Origin: an uncultured Gemmatimonadales bacterium
Lineage (GTDB): Bacteria; Gemmatimonadota; Gemmatimonadetes; Gemmatimonadales; GWC2-71-9
NCBI GenBank assembly: GCA_963795085.1
Contig: CAWCFX010000004.1
Location: 431,738-495,737 of the forward strand
DNA: 64,000 nucleotides
Direction of reading: 5' to 3'
The first letter of the stretch is position 1; every line of letters begins with the position of its first letter. The notes beneath the pieces are model-generated. The model saw nothing but the letters and a program-made list of their open reading frames with translations. It did not search any database and was not told where the DNA came from. Of the stretch, positions 56,114-64,000 are shown piece after piece. A program made the position numbers and the translations under genes.

Positions 56114-58764
56114 GCGTGGTTCCTTCCCGTCTGGCCGAGGCTCTTAGCCGTAGCTACCGGATCGAGCGGGAGCTCGGCGCTGGCGGCATGGCCACGGTAT
56201 ACCTGGCGCAGGACCTGAAGCACGACCGGAAGGTGGCCATCAAGGTACTCCGGCCCGAGCTGGCTGCCGTCATCGGGGCGGATCGGTTTCTCTCCGAGAT
56301 CAAGACCACGGCCAACCTGCAGCACCCGCATATCCTGCCGCTGCACGATTCGGGAGCGGCCGATTCTTTCCTGTATTACGTCATGCCGTTCATCGAGGGC
56401 GAGTCCCTCCGCGACCGGCTTACCCGGGAGAAACAGCTCCCGGTGAACGACGCGGTCCGGATCGCCACCGAGGTGGCGGGAGCCCTGGATTACGCCCATC
56501 GTCACAACGTCATCCACCGCGACATCAAGCCCGAGAACATCCTGCTCCACGACGGCCGGGCCCTGGTGGCAGACTTCGGGATCGCCCTGGCCGCGAGCAA
56601 GGCCGGCGGCACCCGGATGACCGAGACCGGGATGTCGCTGGGGACGCCGCACTACATGAGTCCCGAGCAAGCGATGGGCGAGCGGGAGATTACCGCGCGC
56701 TCCGACGTCTACGCCCTCGGCGCCGTCACCTACGAGCTGCTGCTGGGGGAGCCGCCCTTCACGGGACCCACCGCCCAGGCCATCGTCGCCAAGGTGATGA
56801 CCGCCGAGCCGGTGACCATCACCGGCCAGCGAAGAACGGTCCCCCCGCATGTAGAGGCGGCGGTGTTCACCGCACTGGAGAAGCTTCCGGCGGACCGGTT
56901 TGCCAGCGCGGCCGAGTTTGCCCAGGCGCTGGCCGGTGGGGTGAGCACGACCACTCGCACCGGCTCTCGCGGTGCCCCCAGGTCAAAGGCGAGCGCCGGT
57001 CCCTGGCGCGCGATCAGCGCGGCACTCGGTGCGGTGCTCCTGGCTCTCCTCGGCATCGTCGGCTGGAACATGACCCACCGCTCCTCCGCCGGGGGACCCA
57101 GCGTCTACGATGCGGCGCTCCCGGTCGACGCTCCCATGACCTTCGCCTTCACCGCAGCGGCGAATACGTATGGGACTCCGCTTCGGAATCTTTCGGTCGC
57201 GAGGAACGGGGATTTCGCGGTGTACGTCGCCCCGCGAGGCGACTCCACCGTGCTGTGGTACCGCAGCCTCCGGGATGCCACCGTCCGGCCCATCCCCGGA
57301 ACCGTCGGGGCCACGGCACCACGGATCTCTCCCGACGGGAACCGGGTTGCCTACTTCGTCGGCGGAATGGTGATGGTGTCCCCCGTCGCCGGTGGAGAGG
57401 CCAGGCGGCTCTTCACCGGGCAGGCGGGGTCGGCCCTCAACTGGCTGTCCGGGGATACCCTGCTCGCCCTGCACCAGGACGGGACCCGCATCGTCTGGCT
57501 CGATCCCGAGGCTGGCCCGATCAAGGAGGGGTCGATGCAGACCCGCTGCCCCTTCGGCCGATGGATCGCCGAACGAAGGGCATTGTTGTGCGACTGGAAT
57601 ATCGTTTCCTACTATGTCGATCCCGAGACCGGTATGCGGAGCAACGACCTGCGGATCCGGGGGGCGGGCGGTCGGGCGGGTGCGCTCCTTCACGGCAGCA
57701 GTGCACGGGTTATTGACGGGCGCTACCTGGTCTACCTCGCGGCAGACGGAGACCTTCGCGCCGCACCGTACGATATTGAAACCGACCTGGTGGGGCGCTC
57801 GGTCTCGCTGGTGCGGGGGATCCGGCGCGAGGGGGTAGGCGAGGGCCAATTCGAGGTCACCAGCGAAGGCGCCCTGGTCTATGCGCCAGGCAAGGACGCG
57901 ACGGTGGGTCGCCTCGTTCGCCTCCGGGCCGGCGGCGTTCCGGAACCCCTGCCGGTGCCGGAGGCAACCTATCAGCGCTATGATCTCAGCCCGGACGGGC
58001 GCTGGCTTGCCGCCGCGGTCCTAGCGGCCGCGGGGCAGGAGCTCCGAGTCTACGATCTTCGGGATGGCCAGCAGCAGATTTGGCTCCGCGCCGACCTGAT
58101 CCGGCATCCGCTCTGGGGACCGGCGGGGGGTGACCTCGTCGTGAGCGTGCGGGACTCCAACCGGTGGTCGCTGCTTGCCGGATCGCTGACCCTGGGCCGA
58201 CTGAAGGACACCCTGTTCACCACCGATTCAGCCAACGCCCTCGACGCGGTCGATTTCCACTCCGCCGACGATATCATCCTCCAGCACTGGGAACGGTCGG
58301 CCGTCTTTCGCCTGAACCCCCAGGCCCCGAACGGCGGACCCCGCCCCATCTTCAACGAAGACGCCCGGTTTGCTTCGGTGTCTCCCGATGGGAAGCACCT
58401 GGCATATCAGACAACGGAGGGCAACCGGATCATGATCACGTCGTATCCGGTAGCGGGACGACGGTGGCAGGCGGCAACGGAAGGGGCTGAGCCATTCTGG
58501 CTTTCGTCGAACACGGTCATTTATCGCTCCGGCATCTCGTGGTATCAGGTGCGAATCGACCCGGTGACTGGTGAGCCCAGCGGGCCCGGCACGCTCTGGG
58601 CCCGGGATCCCCGGTTCTCCGATACCTCCGGCTGGTCCAACCGGCCGTCGCATGACGGCGGGATCATCTACGTCCAGGCGCCGGCGGAAACCAGCGCGGG
58701 CTACCTTCGGGTGATTCCCGACTGGGTGACCCAGATGAAGGCCGCCGTGGACGCGGCGAACTGA
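56110..58764 (+). CDS. Array kinase K10: Ser/Thr kinase-TM-PD40/TolB-like beta-propeller
   Basis: Kinase motifs, TM and SPDG repeats; ATGA overlap with K9. Confidence 0.93.
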   Translation: MSVVPSRLAEALSRSYRIERELGAGGMATVYLAQDLKHDRKVAIKVLRPELAAVIGADRFLSEIKTTANLQHPHILPLHDSGAADSFLYYVMPFIEGESLRDRLTREKQLPVNDAVRIATEVAGALDYAHRHNVIHRDIKPENILLHDGRALVADFGIALAASKAGGTRMTETGMSLGTPHYMSPEQAMGEREITARSDVYALGAVTYELLLGEPPFTGPTAQAIVAKVMTAEPVTITGQRRTVPPHVEAAVFTALEKLPADRFASAAEFAQALAGGVSTTTRTGSRGAPRSKASAGPWRAISAALGAVLLALLGIVGWNMTHRSSAGGPSVYDAALPVDAPMTFAFTAAANTYGTPLRNLSVARNGDFAVYVAPRGDSTVLWYRSLRDATVRPIPGTVGATAPRISPDGNRVAYFVGGMVMVSPVAGGEARRLFTGQAGSALNWLSGDTLLALHQDGTRIVWLDPEAGPIKEGSMQTRCPFGRWIAERRALLCDWNIVSYYVDPETGMRSNDLRIRGAGGRAGALLHGSSARVIDGRYLVYLAADGDLRAAPYDIETDLVGRSVSLVRGIRREGVGEGQFEVTSEGALVYAPGKDATVGRLVRLRAGGVPEPLPVPEATYQRYDLSPDGRWLAAAVLAAAGQELRVYDLRDGQQQIWLRADLIRHPLWGPAGGDLVVSVRDSNRWSLLAGSLTLGRLKDTLFTTDSANALDAVDFHSADDIILQHWERSAVFRLNPQAPNGGPRPIFNEDARFASVSPDGKHLAYQTTEGNRIMITSYPVAGRRWQAATEGAEPFWLSSNTVIYRSGISWYQVRIDPVTGEPSGPGTLWARDPRFSDTSGWSNRPSHDGGIIYVQAPAETSAGYLRVIPDWVTQMKAAVDAAN

Positions 58765-58769
58765 GCGCC

Positions 58770-59504
58770 TTACTCCAGCACCAGGCCGATATCAAACACG
58801 CCCCGATACCCGGCCCCGTCGCGCTGGACATCCAGCACCAGCTCCGCCCCCCGCTCCCGGCGGAAGATGCCGTCACCCGGGTTCCGGGTCCGCGGCTGGC
58901 GGTTGCCGGCGTAGGGCGTGGCGGCAAGGACCTGGTCGGATGCCGTGTCGTCGAAGTAGAGCTGGGAAGTGAAATCGTAGCCCCGCTGCCCGGCCGGGTC
59001 GGTCCGGAGCTTGAAGTGAATGTGCACCGTGCGACCCTGGTACCAACCCGGGTAAATCGTCCGGAAGGCGGCCCGCCCGTCGGCCCCGGTCCGCTGGTGT
59101 CCCCGAAGGAACTGTTGCCCAGTGGTGTCGAAGAACCCGTTAATATCCTTCACACCCGAGTACACCCCCGCGGCATCACACTGCCAGACGTCCACCAGGA
59201 CGCCGGGCAGAGGTGCGCAGGTCGTTCCACTGATCCGGGACACCTGGAAGGCCAGCGCCAGCGGGACACCCTCCGGGATCCTTCCACTGGCCGGGTCGGC
59301 CCGGATGTCCGACCGGTCGAGCATGGTGTCCACGAAGTAGGGCCCCTCGGTCTGCGCCGGCCGGACGACGCATGCCGGCAGCTTCCCGCCCGGAGGCCGG
59401 ACCAGCGCACCCCCGGGGATCGCGGCACAGGCCAGCGCGCCGAGGGAGGCGAGGACTTCACGGCGGCTCAGGACCTGGCCAATGGGGCGGTCGTCGTCGA
59501 GCAT
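58770..59504 (-). CDS. Intradiol ring-cleavage dioxygenase-like protein with Tat signal
   Basis: SRREVL twin-arginine motif; EGPYF, VWQCDAAGVYS, TIYPGWYQGRTVHIH and TSQLYF. Confidence 0.9.
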   Translation of the reverse strand: MLDDDRPIGQVLSRREVLASLGALACAAIPGGALVRPPGGKLPACVVRPAQTEGPYFVDTMLDRSDIRADPASGRIPEGVPLALAFQVSRISGTTCAPLPGVLVDVWQCDAAGVYSGVKDINGFFDTTGQQFLRGHQRTGADGRAAFRTIYPGWYQGRTVHIHFKLRTDPAGQRGYDFTSQLYFDDTASDQVLAATPYAGNRQPRTRNPGDGIFRRERGAELVLDVQRDGAGYRGVFDIGLVLE

Positions 59505-59623
59505 GAGTTCTCCGGCCAGAGTAAGGGGAGGACTGCTACTCCCAAGGTAAGGTTCGCCGTCGCTCTGCGCATCTCGCACCTCTAAGGAGACCGGATGTCC
59601 CCCGATCTTTTGCCGGACCAGCC

Positions 59624-62233
59624 ATGACCACGGCGCTTGCCCAGGCGCTGGGCGACCGCTACCGGCTGGAGCGGAAGGTGGGCGAGGGCGGCATGGCCAC
59701 GGTCTATCTCGCCCAGGACCTCAGGCACGACCGCCGGGTCGCCATCAAGGTGCTGCGTCCCGAGCTGGCCGCCGTCATCGGCGCGCAGCGGTTCCTCTCC
59801 GAAATCAAGACGACCGCGAACCTGCAGCACCCCCACATCCTGGCGCTGCACGATTCCGGAGAAGCCAGCGGCACGGTGTTCTATGTCATGCCGTACGTCC
59901 AGGGCGAATCGCTGCGCGACCGGCTGTCGCGGGAGCACCAGCTGCCCGTGGATGAGGCCGTCCGCATCGCGCGGGAAGTCGCCGACGCGCTGGACTACGC
60001 CCACCGGCATGGGGTGATCCACCGCGACATCAAACCCGAAAACGTCCTGCTCCACGATGGCCGGGTGCAGGTGGCGGATTTCGGAATTGCGCTGGCGGTG
60101 AGCCGCTCCGACGGCGGCTCCCGGATGACCGAGACCGGCATGAGCCTCGGTACGCCGCACTACATGGCGCCGGAGCAGGCCATGGGCGAGCGCGACATAA
60201 CGCCCAAGGCCGATATCTATGCGCTCGGCTGCATGACCTACGAGATGCTGTGCGGCGAGCCGCCGTTCACCGGCCCCACGGCCCAGGCCATCATCGCCCG
60301 GATGATGACCGAAGAACCGCGCCCGCTCACCATACAGCGCAAGTCGATTCCGCCCCACGTGGAAGCCGCGGTCCGCACGGCACTGGAGAAGCTGCCGGCC
60401 GACCGGATGTCATCGGCCGCCGAGTTCGGCGCGGCGTTGGTGAATCCGGGGTATGTCACCCGGTCCGGCACCGGGGCCCGCAATGCCGTGACGATCCATG
60501 GCCGCGCCCGCGCCGGCCGGCCCTCCGTGATCGCGGTCGTTGCAGCCGTACTGCTGGGCGTGGGGGGGCTGATCGCCGGGCGCTGGCTGGGGCAGCCTCA
60601 TCCCGGCCCGCTTCCCGAAGTCCGGTTCACCCTGGCACTTCCCGACACGGCGCGCTACGTGGACACCTTCGGCCGCTCCGTGGCGGTCTCTCCGGACGGT
60701 CGTCTCCTGGTGTACACCGGCGGAACCGAGGGCCTGCACCGGCTCTTTGCCCGCCGGCTGGACGAGCAGGTGCCGGCCGCGCTCGCCGGGACCGAGGGCG
60801 GATACATGCCGTTCTTCTCTCCTGATGGCGAGTGGGTCGGCTTCGTCGCCAACCAGCGGCTGATGAAGGTTCGCCTCTCGGGCGGCGTCCCGGTGGTGGT
60901 GGCGCAGCTGCTGGGCAACGTCGTCGCGGGAGCGACCTGGGGCATCCACGACGATATTGTCCTGGAGGATGTCTCGGGGCTGGTCCGGGTCAAGGCGGCC
61001 GGCGGCCGGCTCGACATGCTGGTTCCCATCGATTCGCAGAACCTGCTCATCGAATGGCCCAGCTTCCTGCCCGATGGCGAGGCCATCCTGTGTGCCGTCA
61101 GCGGAACCGATACCAGGACGCGAATCGGCGTGATCACCGTGGCCGACGGCAAGGTCTCGGTCTTCGAGGATATCACGGGGAGCGATCCCCGCTTTGTCGC
61201 TCCGGGAACGGTGATGTGGTTGTCGCCCGAGGGCGTGATGCTGGCGGCGGCGTTCGACCCGAAACGCCGCACCTTCAGCGGCCCGCCATCGCCGGTCATG
61301 GAGAACGTGGTCGAAGACTTCCGGGGCGCCAAGGTCGCCCTGGGACCCGGGATCGCCGTGCGGGTCGAGGGCACGTCGCAGCGGGCCCAGATGCTCCGCT
61401 TCGGGCGGGACGGCACCGGGCGCCGCAACGAGATGCGGGGCGCACAGAACTACACGACGCCGCGCTTCTCGCCCGATGGCCGCCGGGTCGCGTTCGTGAG
61501 CAACTTCCTCGGGGGCGAGCTCTGGGTGGCCGACCGGTCCCGGGGCACCCTGCAGCGCCTGGCGCTCGCCGGGCAGGCGATCGGGCCTGAATGGTCGCGC
61601 GATGGACGGCGCCTCGTGTTCGGATATATGACGCGCGCGAGCTCCAGCTGGGATATTCACGCGATGTCCGCCGATGGATCGGGCTCGGCGGAACCGCTCA
61701 TCCAGACGCCGGAGACCGAGTTCCCGGCTGGCTGGGGCGCGGACGGGAGCCTCGCGTTCTGGCGATCCACCCTGAACCGCGGGGACATTCTCTACCGCGA
61801 CAGCGGGGGAACGGAGCATCCCTTTGCCAACTCGCCCGCGGATGAACGATCCCCGGTGCTCTCGCCCGACGGCCGCTGGCTGGCCTATGTCTCGGATGAG
61901 TCGGGCCGGCGCGAGGTGTACGTCCGCCCGTTCCCGGCCGGTCCGGGGCGGTGGCAGGTTTCCAGCGAGGGCGGCATCGAGCCACGCTGGTCCAGGGGCG
62001 GGCGGGAAATCATCTATCGCGACCGCGGCTGGCTCCTCGCGGTCTCGCTGACCCCTGGTCCGGACCTGGTGGTCGGGCGGGTCGACTCGCTCTTTCGCGG
62101 CGCCTTCGCGATCAGCGGAGTCCGGGCCCAGTATGACGTGAGCGGCGATGGCGCGGAGTTCCTGATGGTGGGGGTGCCGCCGGAATCGCGTACCCTCAGC
62201 GTCACGCTCAATCCGGGGGGCCTGCCGCGATGA
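59624..62233 (+). CDS. Array kinase K11: Ser/Thr kinase-TM-PD40/TolB-like beta-propeller
   Basis: Kinase motifs, TM and SPDGRWLAYVSDESGRREVYVRPFP. Confidence 0.93.
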   Translation: MTTALAQALGDRYRLERKVGEGGMATVYLAQDLRHDRRVAIKVLRPELAAVIGAQRFLSEIKTTANLQHPHILALHDSGEASGTVFYVMPYVQGESLRDRLSREHQLPVDEAVRIAREVADALDYAHRHGVIHRDIKPENVLLHDGRVQVADFGIALAVSRSDGGSRMTETGMSLGTPHYMAPEQAMGERDITPKADIYALGCMTYEMLCGEPPFTGPTAQAIIARMMTEEPRPLTIQRKSIPPHVEAAVRTALEKLPADRMSSAAEFGAALVNPGYVTRSGTGARNAVTIHGRARAGRPSVIAVVAAVLLGVGGLIAGRWLGQPHPGPLPEVRFTLALPDTARYVDTFGRSVAVSPDGRLLVYTGGTEGLHRLFARRLDEQVPAALAGTEGGYMPFFSPDGEWVGFVANQRLMKVRLSGGVPVVVAQLLGNVVAGATWGIHDDIVLEDVSGLVRVKAAGGRLDMLVPIDSQNLLIEWPSFLPDGEAILCAVSGTDTRTRIGVITVADGKVSVFEDITGSDPRFVAPGTVMWLSPEGVMLAAAFDPKRRTFSGPPSPVMENVVEDFRGAKVALGPGIAVRVEGTSQRAQMLRFGRDGTGRRNEMRGAQNYTTPRFSPDGRRVAFVSNFLGGELWVADRSRGTLQRLALAGQAIGPEWSRDGRRLVFGYMTRASSSWDIHAMSADGSGSAEPLIQTPETEFPAGWGADGSLAFWRSTLNRGDILYRDSGGTEHPFANSPADERSPVLSPDGRWLAYVSDESGRREVYVRPFPAGPGRWQVSSEGGIEPRWSRGGREIIYRDRGWLLAVSLTPGPDLVVGRVDSLFRGAFAISGVRAQYDVSGDGAEFLMVGVPPESRTLSVTLNPGGLPR

Positions 62234-62270
62234 CCCGGCGCATCGTGCCCCCGGGCCTCGGAACCGGGCG

Positions 62271-64000
62271 ATGACGGCGCCCATGGAGGGGCTCGCCGCC
62301 GCGCTCGCCGACCGCTACCGGCTGGAGCGGGAGGTGGGCAAGGGCGGCATGGCCACGGTCTATCTCGCCCAGGACCTCAAGCATCACCGCCGGGTCGCCA
62401 TCAAGGTGCTCCATCCTCAGCTGGCCGCGTCGGTCGGGGGCGACCGGTTTCTCGCCGAGATCCGCACCACGGCAAACCTGCAGCACCCGCATATCCTCCC
62501 CCTGTTCGACAGCGGGCGCGTCACCCTGGCAGCGCCTCCCCACGGGGCGGAGGGCGAAATACTGTACTACGTCATGCCCTTCATCGAGGGCGAATCGCTC
62601 CGGGACCGGCTCACCCGGGAGAAACAGCTCCCCCTCGAGGACTCCCTGCAGATCATGCGGGAGGTTGCCGATGCGCTCGACTACGCCCACCGGGCCGGGG
62701 TAGTGCATCGCGACATCAAGCCGGAGAACATCATGCTGAGCGGCGGGCATGCCATCGTCGCCGATTTCGGCATCGCCCGCGCCGTCGGCGACGAGCACTC
62801 GACCCGGCTGACCCAGACCGGCGCGGTGGTCGGCACCCCCGCCTACCTGAGCCCCGAGCAGGTCACCGGCGAGCCGCTCGACGGCCGGAGCGACCTCTAC
62901 AGCCTCGGCTGCGTGCTCTATGAATGCCTGACCGGCGAGATTCCCTTTGCCGGCCCGGCGATGTCCACCATGGCGCAGCGGGTGGTGGCACCACCCCCAT
63001 CGGTCAGGGCCAGGCGGACCGAGACGCCGTCCCAGGTCGACCAGCTGGTGGCGCGGGCAATGGCCACCCAGGCGACCGATCGCTTTTCCACCGGCCGCGA
63101 GATGGTCGCCGCACTCGTCGCCCCCCGGCGGGAAAGCCGGCGCGATGGCCGCCAGGCCATGGTCGTCCTGCCTTTCGCCAACCAGAGCCCCGACCCGGAG
63201 AACGAGTACTTCAGCGACGGCCTGACCGAAGAGATCATCAGCGCGCTCTCCGGCATCAAGTCGCTCTCCGTGATTTCCCGGACATCGGCGATGCAGCTGA
63301 AAGGGACCACCAGGGATGTCCGGACCATCGGGCGTGACCTGGGCGTGCAGTACGTGCTCGAAGGCAGCGTCCGCAAGGCGGGGAACTCGCTCCGGATCAC
63401 GACCCGGCTGATCGACGCCGCGAGCGATGCGCAACTCTGGGGGGACAAGTACGGCGGGACCATGGACGACGTGTTCGAAGTCCAGGAGCGGGTGGCCCGG
63501 GAGATCGTCAAGGCGCTCGGCATATCGCTGACCAGCGACGAAGACCAGCGCCTGGCCCGCCGGGCGATCGAGCATCCCCAGGCGTTCGAGTGGTATCTCC
63601 AGGCCCGCGTCGAGTTCCGCCGCTACGGCTCGTCCATCGACCACGGCATGGCGCTGCTCGACCGGGCCATTGCCATCGAGGGCCAGACTCCACCGCTCCG
63701 CGCGCTGGCCGCCTGGGCCCAGGTGTCCCTGGTCCGTTCCGGGCACGCCGCAGGCCGCGGCGGGCTGGATGAAGCCGAAGCGGTCGCCCGTGCCCTGATC
63801 GAGGAAGCTCCCGAGGCTCCCTATGGCCATGCCCTGCTGGGGTTCATTGCCTATGAGCGAAGCCGGGCAGCGGATGCGGTGCGGCACCTCCTGGCGGCGC
63901 TCGAGCGCGAGCCCAACGACGCCGACAACATGTTCTACCTGGTCGTGTCTTACATCGCCGCGGGGCAGGAGTTCCGGGCCGTAGATGCGGCGGCACGCCT
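62271..64000 (+). CDS. Array kinase K12 (partial): Ser/Thr kinase-TolB-N-like domain-TPR, no TM seen
   Basis: Manual translation: MTAPMEGLAAALADRYRLEREVGKGGMATVY, HRDIKPEN, VVLPFANQSPDPENEYFSDGLTEEII. It is open to the window end, so it is absent from the ORF track. Confidence 0.92.
   Translation, partial: MTAPMEGLAAALADRYRLEREVGKGGMATVYLAQDLKHHRRVAIKVLHPQLAASVGGDRFLAEIRTTANLQHPHILPLFDSGRVTLAAPPHGAEGEILYYVMPFIEGESLRDRLTREKQLPLEDSLQIMREVADALDYAHRAGVVHRDIKPENIMLSGGHAIVADFGIARAVGDEHSTRLTQTGAVVGTPAYLSPEQVTGEPLDGRSDLYSLGCVLYECLTGEIPFAGPAMSTMAQRVVAPPPSVRARRTETPSQVDQLVARAMATQATDRFSTGREMVAALVAPRRESRRDGRQAMVVLPFANQSPDPENEYFSDGLTEEIISALSGIKSLSVISRTSAMQLKGTTRDVRTIGRDLGVQYVLEGSVRKAGNSLRITTRLIDAASDAQLWGDKYGGTMDDVFEVQERVAREIVKALGISLTSDEDQRLARRAIEHPQAFEWYLQARVEFRRYGSSIDHGMALLDRAIAIEGQTPPLRALAAWAQVSLVRSGHAAGRGGLDEAEAVARALIEEAPEAPYGHALLGFIAYERSRAADAVRHLLAALEREPNDADNMFYLVVSYIAAGQEFRAVDAAAR

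Overview
A GC-rich bacterial window. The gene content and kinase type suggest Gemmatimonadota, but this is inference. The left half (1-30.4 kb) is housekeeping and envelope genes: an aldehyde dehydrogenase, lipoproteins, a DUF2339-like protein, a HAD hydrolase behind a putative attenuator, a lone Ser/Thr kinase, Lon, cyclic beta-1,2-glucan synthase, an alkaline-phosphatase-superfamily protein, two multicopper oxidases with unusual domain order, and GltS. The right half (30.5-64 kb) is a co-oriented array of at least 12 Hanks-type Ser/Thr kinases (K1-K12). They share a near-constant kinase domain and carry variable C-termini: PD40/TolB-like propeller, TolB-N+TPR, or alpha/beta hydrolase. A Phd-VapC toxin-antitoxin pair, an SBP56-like lipoprotein and a dioxygenase are interspersed. 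The most unusual signal is three copies of a ~148-bp multi-hairpin palindrome. Each starts at the same nucleotide of a kinase 5' end (after ADRYRxE[R/Q]), lies between 27-31 bp direct repeats (period 221/221/218 bp), and is followed by a replacement kinase start. The array also shows mosaic kinase domains and near-complete translational coupling through mini-ORFs. No recombinase or transposase is visible in the window.
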